Assembly: GCA_964654465.1 (NCBI GenBank) | Contig: CAZZIO010000040.1 | Span: 64,001 to 128,000, forward strand | From: an uncultured Dictyoglomota bacterium | GTDB taxonomy: Bacteria; Dictyoglomota; Dictyoglomia; Dictyoglomales; Dictyoglomaceae | Direction of reading: 5' to 3' | DNA: 64,000 nt | Shown here: positions 18,777 to 29,123 of the stretch, piece by piece | Layout: each line of letters opens with the position of its first letter | How positions within the stretch are numbered: the first letter of the stretch is position 1 | The notes under the pieces: model-generated | Told to the model about the DNA's origin: nothing | Seen by the model: the letters and a program-made list of their open reading frames with translations, nothing else | Databases searched by the model: none | Made by a program: the position numbers and the translations under genes

Positions 18777-19516
18777 GGTACCTTTACTTTTATTACTTCT
18801 CCTCTTTTTCCTAAAACTCCCATGCTTTGTTCATTATAAAATATTTCTATACCCCCTGCATTTCCTATATGAAAATATAAAGATGTATAAGTCCAAGTTA
18901 ATGTATCTCCCTTATTTAAAATTCCCTCATAAATAATTTTTTCATCATTGAAAACCCTAATCCAAGTTCTTTCATTGGCACATACCTTTATAGTAGAACT
19001 TAATGTATTTTCACCCTGGGGAAAGATCGTCTCAGTAGAAGTATAAGTAAAGCTTCCAAGGAAATATGTATATGAACTTTCTTGCTGATTACTTATAGAA
19101 TAAAGAGTATATGTAGGTTCTTTTTGAGTTATTGATCTTGATTGAAAATATGATGATATAAAAATAGTTGTTAAGAGTATAACAACAACCAAGATATATA
19201 CTCCATATTTCCACTCACAACTACTTCTATCCTTATTTTGTAAAGGTATCTCTATTTTATCTTCCTTTCTCCCATACTGTGAGTAGTATAAATCTATGAT
19301 ATTACTTTCATTTAGGCCAATAATATTTGCATATTTCTTAATGATTGCCTTTTTATAAAAATCAGATAGATTAACCTTATCAAAAGTATCATTCTCTATA
19401 GCTTCTAAATATCTATAACTTATCTTTAAAAGAGAAGAAACCTCTTTTAAATCTAATCCTTTCTTCTCTCTCTCTTCTCTAAATATCTCTCCTAAGCTTT
19501 TAGTCTCTCCAACCAT
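18773..19516 (-). CDS. rodZ: RodZ-like HTH-TM-DUF4115 cell-shape protein
   Basis: N-terminal HTH (YLEAIEN), one TM helix, C-terminal IGNAGGI; rodZ-rimO-pgsA synteny. Confidence 0.85.
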   Translation of the reverse strand: MVGETKSLGEIFREEREKKGLDLKEVSSLLKISYRYLEAIENDTFDKVNLSDFYKKAIIKKYANIIGLNESNIIDLYYSQYGRKEDKIEIPLQNKDRSSCEWKYGVYILVVVILLTTIFISSYFQSRSITQKEPTYTLYSISNQQESSYTYFLGSFTYTSTETIFPQGENTLSSTIKVCANERTWIRVFNDEKIIYEGILNKGDTLTWTYTSLYFHIGNAGGIEIFYNEQSMGVLGKRGEVIKVKVP

Positions 19517-20211
19517 GTCAACTCTCTTTTACTCAAAAACCTAATATCTCCTGGTTTTAAATTTCCAAGCTTTATTTCTCCTATTTGTATCCTTTTCAAT
19601 TTTAACACTTCATAATTAAACAAGGATAACATTCTCCTTATCTGTCTTTTCCACCCTTGATATAAAACCACTCTAAGCATGCTTATATTTCCTTTAGCCC
19701 AAAGTATTACAAATTCAGCTGGTAATGTTTTTCCTTCTTCTAAAATAACACCTTCTCTCAGTTTTTTCAACTCTTCTTCTTTCGGAATTCCTTTTACCAT
19801 TACTTCATAAACCTTAGGTATTTTATATTTCGGATGAATAATATAATTAGCAATCTCCCCATCATTAGTACAAAGTAAAAGACCTTCGCTATCTTGATCT
19901 AATCTTCCTACAGGATATACCCTATAGGATATATTTTTGATTAATAAAAGATCTTTTACTGTTTTTCTTCCAAAGGGATCATATAAGCTTGATATATAGC
20001 CCACAGGCTTATATAAAGCCAAATAGATCTTTTTTTCTGGAATTAAAATTTTTCCTTCTACTTCTACTCTATCTTTCTCTGGATCTATTTTATAACCTAA
20101 GGTAGTTATTACATTTCCATTTACTTTTACCTTACCTTGAATAATAAGTTCCTCTGCTTTTCTACGAGAAGCAAAACCGCATTCTGCAATATATTTTTGA
20201 AGTCTTTCCAT
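19492..20211 (-). CDS. rluB: 23S rRNA pseudouridine synthase (RluB/RsuA family)
   Basis: ERLQKYIA...SRRKAE (S4 domain), KPVG, VGRLDQDSEGLLL, RQIRRM; follows scpB. Confidence 0.92.
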   Translation of the reverse strand: MERLQKYIAECGFASRRKAEELIIQGKVKVNGNVITTLGYKIDPEKDRVEVEGKILIPEKKIYLALYKPVGYISSLYDPFGRKTVKDLLLIKNISYRVYPVGRLDQDSEGLLLCTNDGEIANYIIHPKYKIPKVYEVMVKGIPKEEELKKLREGVILEEGKTLPAEFVILWAKGNISMLRVVLYQGWKRQIRRMLSLFNYEVLKLKRIQIGEIKLGNLKPGDIRFLSKRELTWLERLKA

Positions 20212-20213
20212 AC

Positions 20214-20723
20214 CTATTTTTTAACTCTTTCCTCTAATTCTTTTTTATCTTCTATAATAAAATATCTAAAGAATTCTTCTCCAATTCCATATATAAAGGG
20301 TCTTCCAATAGTCTCTTTTCTTCCTATAATCCTTATAAGCCTTCGCTCTAATAAATTAGAAAGAATTCCATCAACTTTTGTTCCCTTTATAGCTTCTATC
20401 TCAGTCTTTGTTATAGGTTGATGATAATAGATTATAGCAAGCACCTCTAAAGCTGATCTTGATAATCTCTCAGTACCCTTAGATGTATATCTCCATACAG
20501 CTTCTGCAGCATCTGGAGAGGTTGCAAATTCATATCCATCATTTATTTTATAAATATTAATACCTCTTTCTTCATACTCTTTTTTAAGTTCTTCCAATAA
20601 TTCCTCCACCTCTTTATCATCTATATCCAAGATTTTAGCTATCTCCTTAGAAGAAATAGGTTTCTCAGAAACAAAAAGAATAGCTTCTATCTGTTTTTTA
20701 TACTTTTGTCTCAACTCTCTCAT
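20214..20723 (-). CDS. scpB: SMC-Scp complex subunit ScpB
   Basis: IEAILFVS, LSRSALEVLAIIYYHQPITKTEI, GRKETIGRP. Confidence 0.93.
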   Translation of the reverse strand: MRELRQKYKKQIEAILFVSEKPISSKEIAKILDIDDKEVEELLEELKKEYEERGINIYKINDGYEFATSPDAAEAVWRYTSKGTERLSRSALEVLAIIYYHQPITKTEIEAIKGTKVDGILSNLLERRLIRIIGRKETIGRPFIYGIGEEFFRYFIIEDKKELEERVKK

Positions 20724-21372
20724 CTTCCACCACTTTAAAAATTATCTCTCCTAAATATTCATTTTGGAAAACCACAACCTTTCCTTTATTTGCTAAATCA
20801 CATAAAGCAAGAAAATAACAGATTTTATCTATTTTATTTTTCCCCTTCACTATCTCCGAAAATTTTCCTTCTTTTTTAGCCATAATATCCAAAGCTTTAT
20901 TTTCAATATCTATTGTAAAATGATCCTCTAAATAATTTAAATTCTGTATTAAGCTTTTTTTTCTTTCCAGAAAGAGAAGATAAATTTCTGTCAAATTTAT
21001 TTTTTCATTTTGATTCAAAATTAATACGTCTTCCTTTTTGCTAAAATCTCGTCTAAATATGAGAAGGCTCCTTTCCTCTTTTTCCTTTAGATAAGGAACC
21101 AATTCTCTCCAATCATCAGAAAAAAGCAAAAATTCATCTTCCTTTTTCTCTCCGTCAGATATATCCTTCTTTCTTAAACCGAATAATCTTTTAATTTTAC
21201 TCTCTAATATTTCTACTGTTACATCTAAAAAAGATGTCGTAAGCTCAAGATCATTCCACTTATTTTCTCCCAATGAGTAATACTGATCAATCAAATCCTT
21301 AAGAGGAAAAATAGATATATCAATCTCCTTTTGCAAAAATTCTTTTATTGTGAGAAATGGATTAATTACCAT
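20698..21372 (-). CDS. scpA: Divergent kleisin ScpA (probable)
   Basis: Position trpS-X-scpB; KEIDISIFPLKDLIDQY, SFLDVTVEILESKIKRL, C-terminal FLALCDL...QNEYLGEI. Confidence 0.75.
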   Translation of the reverse strand: MVINPFLTIKEFLQKEIDISIFPLKDLIDQYYSLGENKWNDLELTTSFLDVTVEILESKIKRLFGLRKKDISDGEKKEDEFLLFSDDWRELVPYLKEKEERSLLIFRRDFSKKEDVLILNQNEKINLTEIYLLFLERKKSLIQNLNYLEDHFTIDIENKALDIMAKKEGKFSEIVKGKNKIDKICYFLALCDLANKGKVVVFQNEYLGEIIFKVVEDERVETKV

Positions 21373-22358
21373 TTTACCTTTAATCCCATAGCTTCTCTAA
21401 CAATATCCATGGTTTTTTGGGCTTCTTCTCGAGCCTTTTTATTTCCTTCAAATAGAATATCCCAAGTAGTCTTTTCATCATTAAAATAAACCTTACGTTT
21501 TTCCCTAATAGGTGTCAAAAAACTATTTAATTTTTCTGAAAGTTTCATTTTACACTCCACACATCCAATCTCAGCCCTTCTACAGGCCTCTGCAATCTCT
21601 TCAGTTTCCTCTTTATTAAAGATTTTATGATAAGCAAAAACAGTACAAACTTCTGGATGTCCTGGATCATTTCTCCTTATACGTGCAGGATCAGTTACCA
21701 TCCCTCTTATTATCTTTTTAAGTTCTTCCTCCTCTGTATCTAAAGGAATTGTATTGCCATAACTTTTTGACATTTTTCTCCCATCTGTCCCTACAAGTTC
21801 TGGGACATCAGAAAGTTTAGCTTGAGGTTCTGGAAATATGGGAGAATAAAAATAATTAAATCTTCTTGCTATCTCTCGAGTAAGTTCTAAATGAGGTAAC
21901 TGATCCTCTCCAACAGGGACAGTATCAGCTCTATAAATTAAAATATCTGCAGCTTGGAGAACAGGATACCCTAAGAATCCATATGTAAAAAGGTCTCTTC
22001 CTTCCATCTCTCTTAACTGCTCTTTATAGGTAGGATTTCTTTCTAACCATGGTAAGGGTACAAACATGGAAAATAACAGAAAAAGTTCAGCATGCTCAGT
22101 TATATCTGATTGCCTAAATATCACAGCTTTGTTAGGATCTATTCCCACTGCTAACCAATCACATATCATATTAAAAACATTATCTTTCACCTCTTCTGTC
22201 TCCCTATAATGTGTGGTCAAGGCATGCCAGTCAGCAATTTCAAAAAAACATTCATAGGAATCTTGAAGTTCTACCCAATTCTTTAAAACTCCCAAAAGAT
22301 GCCCCAAATGCAATTTCCCCGTTGGTCTCATACCACTTAATATTCTCCCAGCCTTCAT
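21366..22358 (-). CDS. trpS: Tryptophan--tRNA ligase
   Basis: SGMRPTGKLHLGH, YPVLQAADIL, VPVGEDQLPH, KMSKS. Confidence 0.98.
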   Translation of the reverse strand: MKAGRILSGMRPTGKLHLGHLLGVLKNWVELQDSYECFFEIADWHALTTHYRETEEVKDNVFNMICDWLAVGIDPNKAVIFRQSDITEHAELFLLFSMFVPLPWLERNPTYKEQLREMEGRDLFTYGFLGYPVLQAADILIYRADTVPVGEDQLPHLELTREIARRFNYFYSPIFPEPQAKLSDVPELVGTDGRKMSKSYGNTIPLDTEEEELKKIIRGMVTDPARIRRNDPGHPEVCTVFAYHKIFNKEETEEIAEACRRAEIGCVECKMKLSEKLNSFLTPIREKRKVYFNDEKTTWDILFEGNKKAREEAQKTMDIVREAMGLKVKW

Positions 22359-22399
22359 CCAAAACCCTCCTAGATAATTCAGTATTTTTTCAAGATAGG

Positions 22400-22408
22400 A
22401 TTATATCA
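22400..22408 (-). promoter_or_regulatory. Possible internal extended -10 promoter for trpS
   Basis: TG-A-TATAAT using the TGA stop of the upstream gene; no recognisable -35. Confidence 0.45.
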
Positions 22409-23011
22409 AAAATTTAGTCCTAAAAGATAAAAGAAGAAACTTAAAAAGGGACTCATAATTATATAAAGAACATTAGTCAAAATAAGAATCATTAGGATAA
22501 ATATGCCATAAATTCCTAAAGATCGATAATACCTTCTATATTTATAAGGAAGAATCGCTTCTAATACATGAGAACCATCTAAAGGGGGAATAGGTATTAA
22601 ATTAAAAACGCCTAAAAAAACATTAAGAATAGCAAGCTCTATACAGAATCTGATAAAACCAATCGGAATATATAATCCTTCTATTCTCCAAAACATACTT
22701 ACTAAAAAAGCTAAGGTAAAATTAGCAAAAGGACCAGCCAAAGATACTAAAACTATACTTTTTTCTCCCCTTCTTAAATTATCAAAATTAACTGGAACAG
22801 GCTTTGCCCAACCAAACCTAAAAAGAAGTAGCATTAAAAAACCAATAGGATCTATATGAGCTAAAGGGTTCAAGCTTAACCTACCTGAAAGACGAGGAGT
22901 AGGATCTCCTTCTATTTCAGCCATCTTTCCATGAGCATATTCATGAACTGTTATTGCTATCAATATGGCTACTATTCTCCACAAATATAATACTAAGTTA
23001 TTAAATACCAT
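22406..23011 (-). CDS. Site-2 (M50) intramembrane metalloprotease
   Basis: HEYAHG, GDPTP, FGWAKPVPV, SLAGP, FNLIPIPPLDG. Confidence 0.94.
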   Translation of the reverse strand: MVFNNLVLYLWRIVAILIAITVHEYAHGKMAEIEGDPTPRLSGRLSLNPLAHIDPIGFLMLLLFRFGWAKPVPVNFDNLRRGEKSIVLVSLAGPFANFTLAFLVSMFWRIEGLYIPIGFIRFCIELAILNVFLGVFNLIPIPPLDGSHVLEAILPYKYRRYYRSLGIYGIFILMILILTNVLYIIMSPFLSFFFYLLGLNF

Positions 23012-23020
23012 AAATACCTC

Positions 23021-24322
23021 CTACATAATTATATCCAATATTAATGGTAATGGCTCCCTTTTATGGGGACCTATTTTTATCGCTTCTTTAAATATCTCTT
23101 GAGCTTTTCTTAATTTTTCAGCATCATTAGCATAAAAAGTTACTATAGGTTCATTTTTAGTAACTTTATCTCCTATCTTCTTATGCAATTTTAAACCAAC
23201 ATAAAGATCAATTTTATCATCCTTTTTAGCCCTTCCTGCACCTAAGGTCATCACCGTTTGAGCTACCCTGTATGCATCTAACTCTTCAATATACCCTTCT
23301 TCTAAGGTATATATCTCCTTTTGTACTTTGGCATTTAAAAGAGGAGAGTAATCATCAATAATCTTAAAATCTCCACCCTGATAAATTATTAAATCTCTAA
23401 GTTTATTCAAAGCCTTTCCACTTAGCAAAGCACTCTTAACTTTTTCTCTCAAAATCTCGTCATCTTCTTCTCCAGCAACTTTAAGGGCAACAATTGATAA
23501 AACCGTTACTAACTCTATTAGATCTGAAGGGCCTCTACCCTTTAATACCTCTATTGCCTCTAATACTTCTAAAGAATTACCAACAGCGTTTCCTAAGGGC
23601 TGGTCCATTTGAGATATTACAGCAGCCATTTTTCTACCCATATTTTTTCCAATCTCAACCATGATTTTAGCCAACTCCTTAGCTGAATTTATATCTTTCA
23701 TAAATGCACCTTTACCTACCTTAACATCCAATACAATTACATCCGAACCTCCTGCTATCTTTTTACTCATTACGCTACTTGCGATAAGAGGAATAGAATC
23801 AACAGTTCCTGTTACATCTCTTAAAGCATATATTTTTTTATCAGCTGGTACTAAATTCTCTGTTTGACCTACTATAGCTATTCCTATTTCTTTAACTTGC
23901 TTAATAAATTCTTCATCGGATAAATAAGTTCTAAAACCTGGGATTGACTCTAATTTATCAATAGTACCTCCTGTATGTCCCAGACTCCTTCCTGACATTT
24001 TTGGTACAGGATACCCTAAGGATGCAATAAGAGGAGCAAAAACTAATGTTGTTTTATCACCTACACCCCCTGTACTATGTTTATCTATTTTTGTTCCTGG
24101 AATATTTGATAAATCTAAAACCTTACCTGAAAAAGCCATTTCCTTTGTTAAAGAAACAATCTCTTGAATATTCATACCTCTAAAATAAATTGCCATAAGC
24201 AAAGCCGACATTTGATAATCTGGTATATCTCCCTTTACATAACCATTAACTATATATGATATTTCATCGTCAGTTAATGGATATCCATCTCTCTTTTTAA
24301 TAATAAGATCTACCATATTCAT
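23021..24322 (-). CDS. pdp: Pyrimidine-nucleoside phosphorylase
   Basis: [44 protein letters not shown]; start at ATG 24322 overlapping deoB stop. Confidence 0.97.
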   Translation of the reverse strand: MNMVDLIIKKRDGYPLTDDEISYIVNGYVKGDIPDYQMSALLMAIYFRGMNIQEIVSLTKEMAFSGKVLDLSNIPGTKIDKHSTGGVGDKTTLVFAPLIASLGYPVPKMSGRSLGHTGGTIDKLESIPGFRTYLSDEEFIKQVKEIGIAIVGQTENLVPADKKIYALRDVTGTVDSIPLIASSVMSKKIAGGSDVIVLDVKVGKGAFMKDINSAKELAKIMVEIGKNMGRKMAAVISQMDQPLGNAVGNSLEVLEAIEVLKGRGPSDLIELVTVLSIVALKVAGEEDDEILREKVKSALLSGKALNKLRDLIIYQGGDFKIIDDYSPLLNAKVQKEIYTLEEGYIEELDAYRVAQTVMTLGAGRAKKDDKIDLYVGLKLHKKIGDKVTKNEPIVTFYANDAEKLRKAQEIFKEAIKIGPHKREPLPLILDIIM

Positions 24323-25503
24323 AATATATTCCACCCTTTCTGAATAATACTTAAGAAACTCTCCCCATCAAGATTATTTTCAACCTTAAAGTAATCTGCT
24401 ATCGTCTTTCCTAAATTAGCAAATGTCCTTTGTATCCCTAAAGAATAGTTGTTTTTAAAATCTGGAGAATAGATAAGCAGAGGAACATACTCTCTTGAAT
24501 GATCCGTACTTGGAGTTGTAGGATCACATCCATGATCTGCGGTTATTATTAAAAGATCTTTATCAGATAATAATTTCATAATCATTGGTAAGGCTTTATC
24601 AAACTCTTCCAAAGCTTTAGCCATACCCAAAGGATCATTTCTATGACCGTAAAGGGTATCAAAATCTACTAAATTTACAAAAATGAGACCCTCTTTTAAT
24701 TCGTTCCAAGCAAGAAAAATATTTTCTATACCCTCTGCATTATTTTTTTGATGAAGAGAATATGTTAATCCTCTTCCTGCAAAAATATCTTCTATCTTTC
24801 CTACCCCAATTACATCATAATCATTATTTTTTAAAAGATCTAAAAGAGTATTACGGGGCGGAGGTAATGAAAAATCTTTTCTCTTAGGAGTACGATAAAA
24901 ATTTCCAGAGGTTCCTGCAAAAGGTCTCGCAATAACCCTTGCAACCGCATGTTCACCATGTAAAATACTACGAGCTATTTCACACATTCTATATAACTCT
25001 TCTACAGGGATAATATCCTCATGAGCTGCAATCTGAAACACACTATCTGCTGATGTGTAAACAATAGGATAACCAGTTTTAATATGTTCTTCTCCCAATT
25101 CCTTAATTATCTCTGTTCCTGAAGCAGGCTTATTCCCTAAAACTTTCCTCCCAATAGCTTTTTCAAATTTTTCTATTATTTCTTTTGGAAATCCATTTGG
25201 GTAAGTAGGAAAGGGTTTATCCAAAATTATACCTGATATTTCCCAATGACCAGTAGTAGTATCTTTTCCTGGAGAAGCTTCAGCCATCTTTCCATAAAAT
25301 GCCAAAGGCTTTTCTTCGTAAGGAATTCCTTTTATAGGATATATATTAGATAAACCTAATTTACCCATATTAGGTAAATTTAATCCTCCCACTGCTTCTG
25401 CTGTATTTGCTAATGTGTTACTTCCTTCATCTCCATACTTAGAAGCATCAGGAAGCTCACCAATTCCCACTCCATCTAATACTATTAATATTACACGTTT
25501 CAT
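24319..25503 (-). CDS. deoB: Phosphopentomutase
   Basis: [57 protein letters not shown]. Confidence 0.97.
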   Translation of the reverse strand: MKRVILIVLDGVGIGELPDASKYGDEGSNTLANTAEAVGGLNLPNMGKLGLSNIYPIKGIPYEEKPLAFYGKMAEASPGKDTTTGHWEISGIILDKPFPTYPNGFPKEIIEKFEKAIGRKVLGNKPASGTEIIKELGEEHIKTGYPIVYTSADSVFQIAAHEDIIPVEELYRMCEIARSILHGEHAVARVIARPFAGTSGNFYRTPKRKDFSLPPPRNTLLDLLKNNDYDVIGVGKIEDIFAGRGLTYSLHQKNNAEGIENIFLAWNELKEGLIFVNLVDFDTLYGHRNDPLGMAKALEEFDKALPMIMKLLSDKDLLIITADHGCDPTTPSTDHSREYVPLLIYSPDFKNNYSLGIQRTFANLGKTIADYFKVENNLDGESFLSIIQKGWNIL

Positions 25504-26390
25504 TTTTCTTGCCTCCGCCCCAAAGGATGTGCTCTTCTATAAACTTCATGTAATTTACTAGAAACTACATGAGTATATATTTGCGTCGTAGATATATCAG
25601 AGTGACCAAGAAGCTCCTGAACAATACGGATATCAGCACCATTCATCAGTAAATGAGTAGCAAAGGTATGTCTAAAAGTATGTGGAGATACTTTTTTAGA
25701 TAAACCTAAGACCTTAGAATATACTTTTATGATATACCAAACACCTTGTCTTGTAATCCTATATCCTTTTTTATTTAAAAATAAAGCATCGCTATCTACA
25801 GGCTTAAAATATTCCCTTACTTTAAGATATTTCTCAATACTCTCTGAAGCGTACTCTCCTATTGGAACAATTCTTTCCTTTTCTCCTTTTCCAAAACACC
25901 TTATATATTTTTCTTTCAAGTTAACATTGTATAAATTTAGATTAACTAACTCAGAAACCCTTATACCTGTACCGTATAGGGTTTCCAAAATAGCCTGATT
26001 CCTAATACCTAAAGGAGAGGAAGGATCAGGAAGATCTAAAATACTATCTATCTCTTTTTTATCTAAAACCTCAGGAAGATAAATAGGTATTTTAGGAGTC
26101 AGTATTATACTTCCATAATTTTTAGAAAGATAGCCTTCTCTTATGAGAAATTTCAAAAAAGTTCTTATAGCTGAAATCTTTCGGGCAATAGATTTTATCT
26201 TATACTCCTTATATAAGGTAGATAGATATTTCTGCCAATCTTCTCTATTAAAATCCTTTAAATTCTTCTTCTCTCCTTTTAAGAATGAAATAAAATGTTC
26301 TAAATCCCTTTTATATGCTTCTAAAGTATTAGAGGATAAATTTTTTTCGAATTTCAAATAAAAAAGAAAATCTTCTAATTTATCCCTCAT
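25500..26390 (-). CDS. xerD: Tyrosine recombinase XerD
   Basis: [50 protein letters not shown]; xerD-deoB-pdp synteny. Confidence 0.93.
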   Translation of the reverse strand: MRDKLEDFLFYLKFEKNLSSNTLEAYKRDLEHFISFLKGEKKNLKDFNREDWQKYLSTLYKEYKIKSIARKISAIRTFLKFLIREGYLSKNYGSIILTPKIPIYLPEVLDKKEIDSILDLPDPSSPLGIRNQAILETLYGTGIRVSELVNLNLYNVNLKEKYIRCFGKGEKERIVPIGEYASESIEKYLKVREYFKPVDSDALFLNKKGYRITRQGVWYIIKVYSKVLGLSKKVSPHTFRHTFATHLLMNGADIRIVQELLGHSDISTTQIYTHVVSSKLHEVYRRAHPLGRRQEK

Positions 26391-27106
26391 AGACTTTCTC
26401 TTATCTTATACAAAATAATTCCAAGAGCAACTGATACATTCAATGAGTTCACTTTTCCATAGGGTGATATCTTCACTAAAAAATCACAAGATTCTTTAAC
26501 AAGCCTGTGAAGACCCTCACCTTCGCTCCCTATTACTAAAGCCAAAGGAAATCTGTATTTTACTTTATCGAATTCAATATCAGTATCCAAATCCGCGCCT
26601 ACTATAAAGAAATTCTCCTCTTTAAGATCCCTTAAAAAATTTGCCACATTAGATACTCTAACAACAGGTATAAAAGATAAAGCACCAGCTGAAGCCTTAA
26701 AAACAGTAGGAGTTAATCCAACACTTCTAAATTTAGGGATTACAATAGCAGATGCCCCTAAAAACTCACAGGTTCGAGCAATCGCACCTAAGTTTCTCGG
26801 ATCTTGAATATGATCTAAAATTACGATTATGCTATTATTATCCAACTTTGTTTTTAAGTCTTCCCAAGAAACATATGGAACAGATGAGACAATAGCTAAT
26901 ATACCTTGAGAATTATCTTTTACTTCATTATCAATAAAATTTCTATCCACATATTGAATAGGTATATTTTTCTCTTTAGCAAGGTTTATTATCTCCTTGA
27001 ATTTTTTATCAAAATGAATACCCTTTGCAATATAAATCTTGTTTATATTCAAATCTCCTTTTAAAGCCTCTAAAACAGGATTTTTTCCATATATTTTCTC
27101 TTCCAT
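26387..27106 (-). CDS. rlmB: 23S rRNA Gm2251 methyltransferase RlmB
   Basis: YGKNPVLEAL, DPRNLGAIAR, GSEGEG, SLNVSVA; start at ATG 27106 after SD AAGGAG. Confidence 0.93.
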   Translation of the reverse strand: MEEKIYGKNPVLEALKGDLNINKIYIAKGIHFDKKFKEIINLAKEKNIPIQYVDRNFIDNEVKDNSQGILAIVSSVPYVSWEDLKTKLDNNSIIVILDHIQDPRNLGAIARTCEFLGASAIVIPKFRSVGLTPTVFKASAGALSFIPVVRVSNVANFLRDLKEENFFIVGADLDTDIEFDKVKYRFPLALVIGSEGEGLHRLVKESCDFLVKISPYGKVNSLNVSVALGIILYKIRESL

Positions 27107-27123
27107 AAAAACTCTCCTTTTAT

Positions 27124-27618
27124 TCAATATGCAATTAAAACTACTGCAAAGGCTGCAATTCCCTCTTTTCTCCCAATAAAACCCAATCCTTCGTTAGTAG
27201 TAGCCTTTATATTTACAGCTGATTTATCTATTCCTAAAGTAAAAGATATTTTCTCAATAATAGCTTCTCTATAAGGTAAAACCTTTGGCTCTTCTGCAAT
27301 AATCATACCATCAATATTAATAATTTTTATCTTTCTTTCCTCTAAAAGACTTCTTACTTTTTCTAGTATGAGTATACTTGATATGCCTTTATAATTTATA
27401 TCCGTATTTGGAAAATAATATCCAATATCATAAAGTCCAGAGGCACCAAGAAGAGCATCCGAGATAGCATGAATAAGTACATCTCCATCAGAATGTCCCT
27501 TTAATCCCTTTGGATAAGGAATCTTTACCCCACCTATATATAAATCTTTTCCTTCTTCAAAAGGATGTACGTCATAACCTAAACCAACTCTAATATTTTG
27601 GAAATGTAATCTATCCAT
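27124..27618 (-). CDS. ispF: 2-C-methyl-D-erythritol 2,4-cyclodiphosphate synthase
   Basis: GLGYDVH, GHSDGDVLIHA, DIG, KATTNEGLG. Confidence 0.97.
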   Translation of the reverse strand: MDRLHFQNIRVGLGYDVHPFEEGKDLYIGGVKIPYPKGLKGHSDGDVLIHAISDALLGASGLYDIGYYFPNTDINYKGISSILILEKVRSLLEERKIKIINIDGMIIAEEPKVLPYREAIIEKISFTLGIDKSAVNIKATTNEGLGFIGRKEGIAAFAVVLIAY

Positions 27619-28271
27619 ATTAAATCTTCCTTTGTAGTAATTTTTATGTTAAAAGGATCTCCTTCCACTATGTATACTGGATAACCCAATCTTTCTAATA
27701 ATACAGCATCATCGGTGCCTAAAAATCCATCTTGAAGAGCCTTATTATGAGCTTCTAATAATAAATTATATGGAAACATTTGGGGTGTTTGAATAAGCCA
27801 TATCTTTTTTCTTTCTAAGGTAGCCTCTACCCTTCCTTTTTCATCTACTAACTTTACTGTATCTTTTGAAGGGATACCTAAAATACCAGAAGTTTTTCTT
27901 TCAATACAAAAATCTATTAATTTCTCTATATTCTCTATCTTTACAAAGGGTCTTGCTGCATCATGTATTATTACATATTCACATGGTTCCTCGATACTCC
28001 TAATCCCATTACAGACAGAATGTTGCCTTTCTTTGCCCCCTACTACTAATTTTATTTTTTTTGATAAATTCCATTCTTTAATCTTTTCTTGATAAAAATT
28101 TATCTTATCCTCTCTAACTACTAATATTAACTCTGATATTCTTTTGACCCTATCAAAAGTCCTCAAAGAATAGTAAATCAGAGGCTTATCTTTAATTTCC
28201 ACAAGAAGTTTATCATCCCCAAATCTTACACTCTTTCCTCCAGCCACAATTATACCTACTATTTTTTCCAA
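27579..28271 (-). CDS. ispD: 2-C-methyl-D-erythritol 4-phosphate cytidylyltransferase
   Basis: [38 protein letters not shown]. Confidence 0.97.
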   Translation of the reverse strand: MEKIVGIIVAGGKSVRFGDDKLLVEIKDKPLIYYSLRTFDRVKRISELILVVREDKINFYQEKIKEWNLSKKIKLVVGGKERQHSVCNGIRSIEEPCEYVIIHDAARPFVKIENIEKLIDFCIERKTSGILGIPSKDTVKLVDEKGRVEATLERKKIWLIQTPQMFPYNLLLEAHNKALQDGFLGTDDAVLLERLGYPVYIVEGDPFNIKITTKEDLIWIDYISKILELV

Positions 28272-29068
28272 TGATCCTTATCCTCCCTTACCCTACCAAA
28301 GATAAGTCTTCCTGCAGCAGTTTGAAAGACACTTGTAACAACAACTTTTACAGTTTGTCCTATATATTTTCTTCCATTTTCCACTACCACCATAGTTCCA
28401 TCCTCTAAATAGGCAACCCCTTGTCCAGCCTCTTTTCCTTCTTTAACAATATTTAGAGTAAGCTCTTCTCCTGGTAAATATATTGGTTTTACAGCATTCG
28501 ATAACTCATTTATATTTAACACCGTTATACCTTCTATTTTAGCAAGTTTATTTAATCCATAATCATTAGTTACTATTTTACCCTTCAAAAGTTTCGCTAA
28601 CTTTACCAATTTAGAATCCACACTTTGAATTTTAGGAAAGTCCATATCTACAATTACTACTTGATCTCCCAATTCTTTTCTTATTTGATTTAGATTATCA
28701 AGTCCAAATCTTCCCCTATTCTTTTTTAAAGATTCTGAAGAATCGGCGAGTTGTTGCAATTCCTTTAAAATAAAGCGGGGAATAATTATTTTCCCTTCTA
28801 TAAAATTTGTCTTCAATATATCTACTATTCTTCCATCTATAATTACACTTGTATCAAGTATTTTTACATACGGGAAATTATTAAAATCAAAAAACCTCAT
28901 TCTGAAAATAAAATAAATATATATAGCAAAGACTAAAAAGGCAAAAATAAAATTTAATATATAAAGAGTATTGCATTTGTTATAAAAAAAAGACATGAAT
29001 GAAAAAACTAAGAGACCTACAAATAACAAAGAAACTATTATAAACCATAATTTCCAAAGTTTTTTCAT
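28259..29068 (-). CDS. yacL: YacL-like membrane PIN/TRAM domain protein
   Basis: Two N-terminal TM helices, [45 protein letters not shown]. Confidence 0.9.
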   Translation of the reverse strand: MKKLWKLWFIIVSLLFVGLLVFSFMSFFYNKCNTLYILNFIFAFLVFAIYIYFIFRMRFFDFNNFPYVKILDTSVIIDGRIVDILKTNFIEGKIIIPRFILKELQQLADSSESLKKNRGRFGLDNLNQIRKELGDQVVIVDMDFPKIQSVDSKLVKLAKLLKGKIVTNDYGLNKLAKIEGITVLNINELSNAVKPIYLPGEELTLNIVKEGKEAGQGVAYLEDGTMVVVENGRKYIGQTVKVVVTSVFQTAAGRLIFGRVREDKDHWKK

Positions 29069-29123
29069 AAAATCTCAGTCCCCCAAAAAAAATATTTAAA
29101 TAAATCCCCTAAAAAAATAAATA

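Noticed and set aside
25500-26390. Tyrosine recombinase as a sign of an integrated element
   Set aside because: Typical XerD in its conserved xerD-deoB-pdp context; no att repeats or cargo genes seen
27579-27618. ispD/ispF 40-bp overlap as a frameshifted ispDF fusion
   Set aside because: ispF has its own ATG and SD-like AAGGAAG, both proteins are full length, and similar overlaps are common in this window
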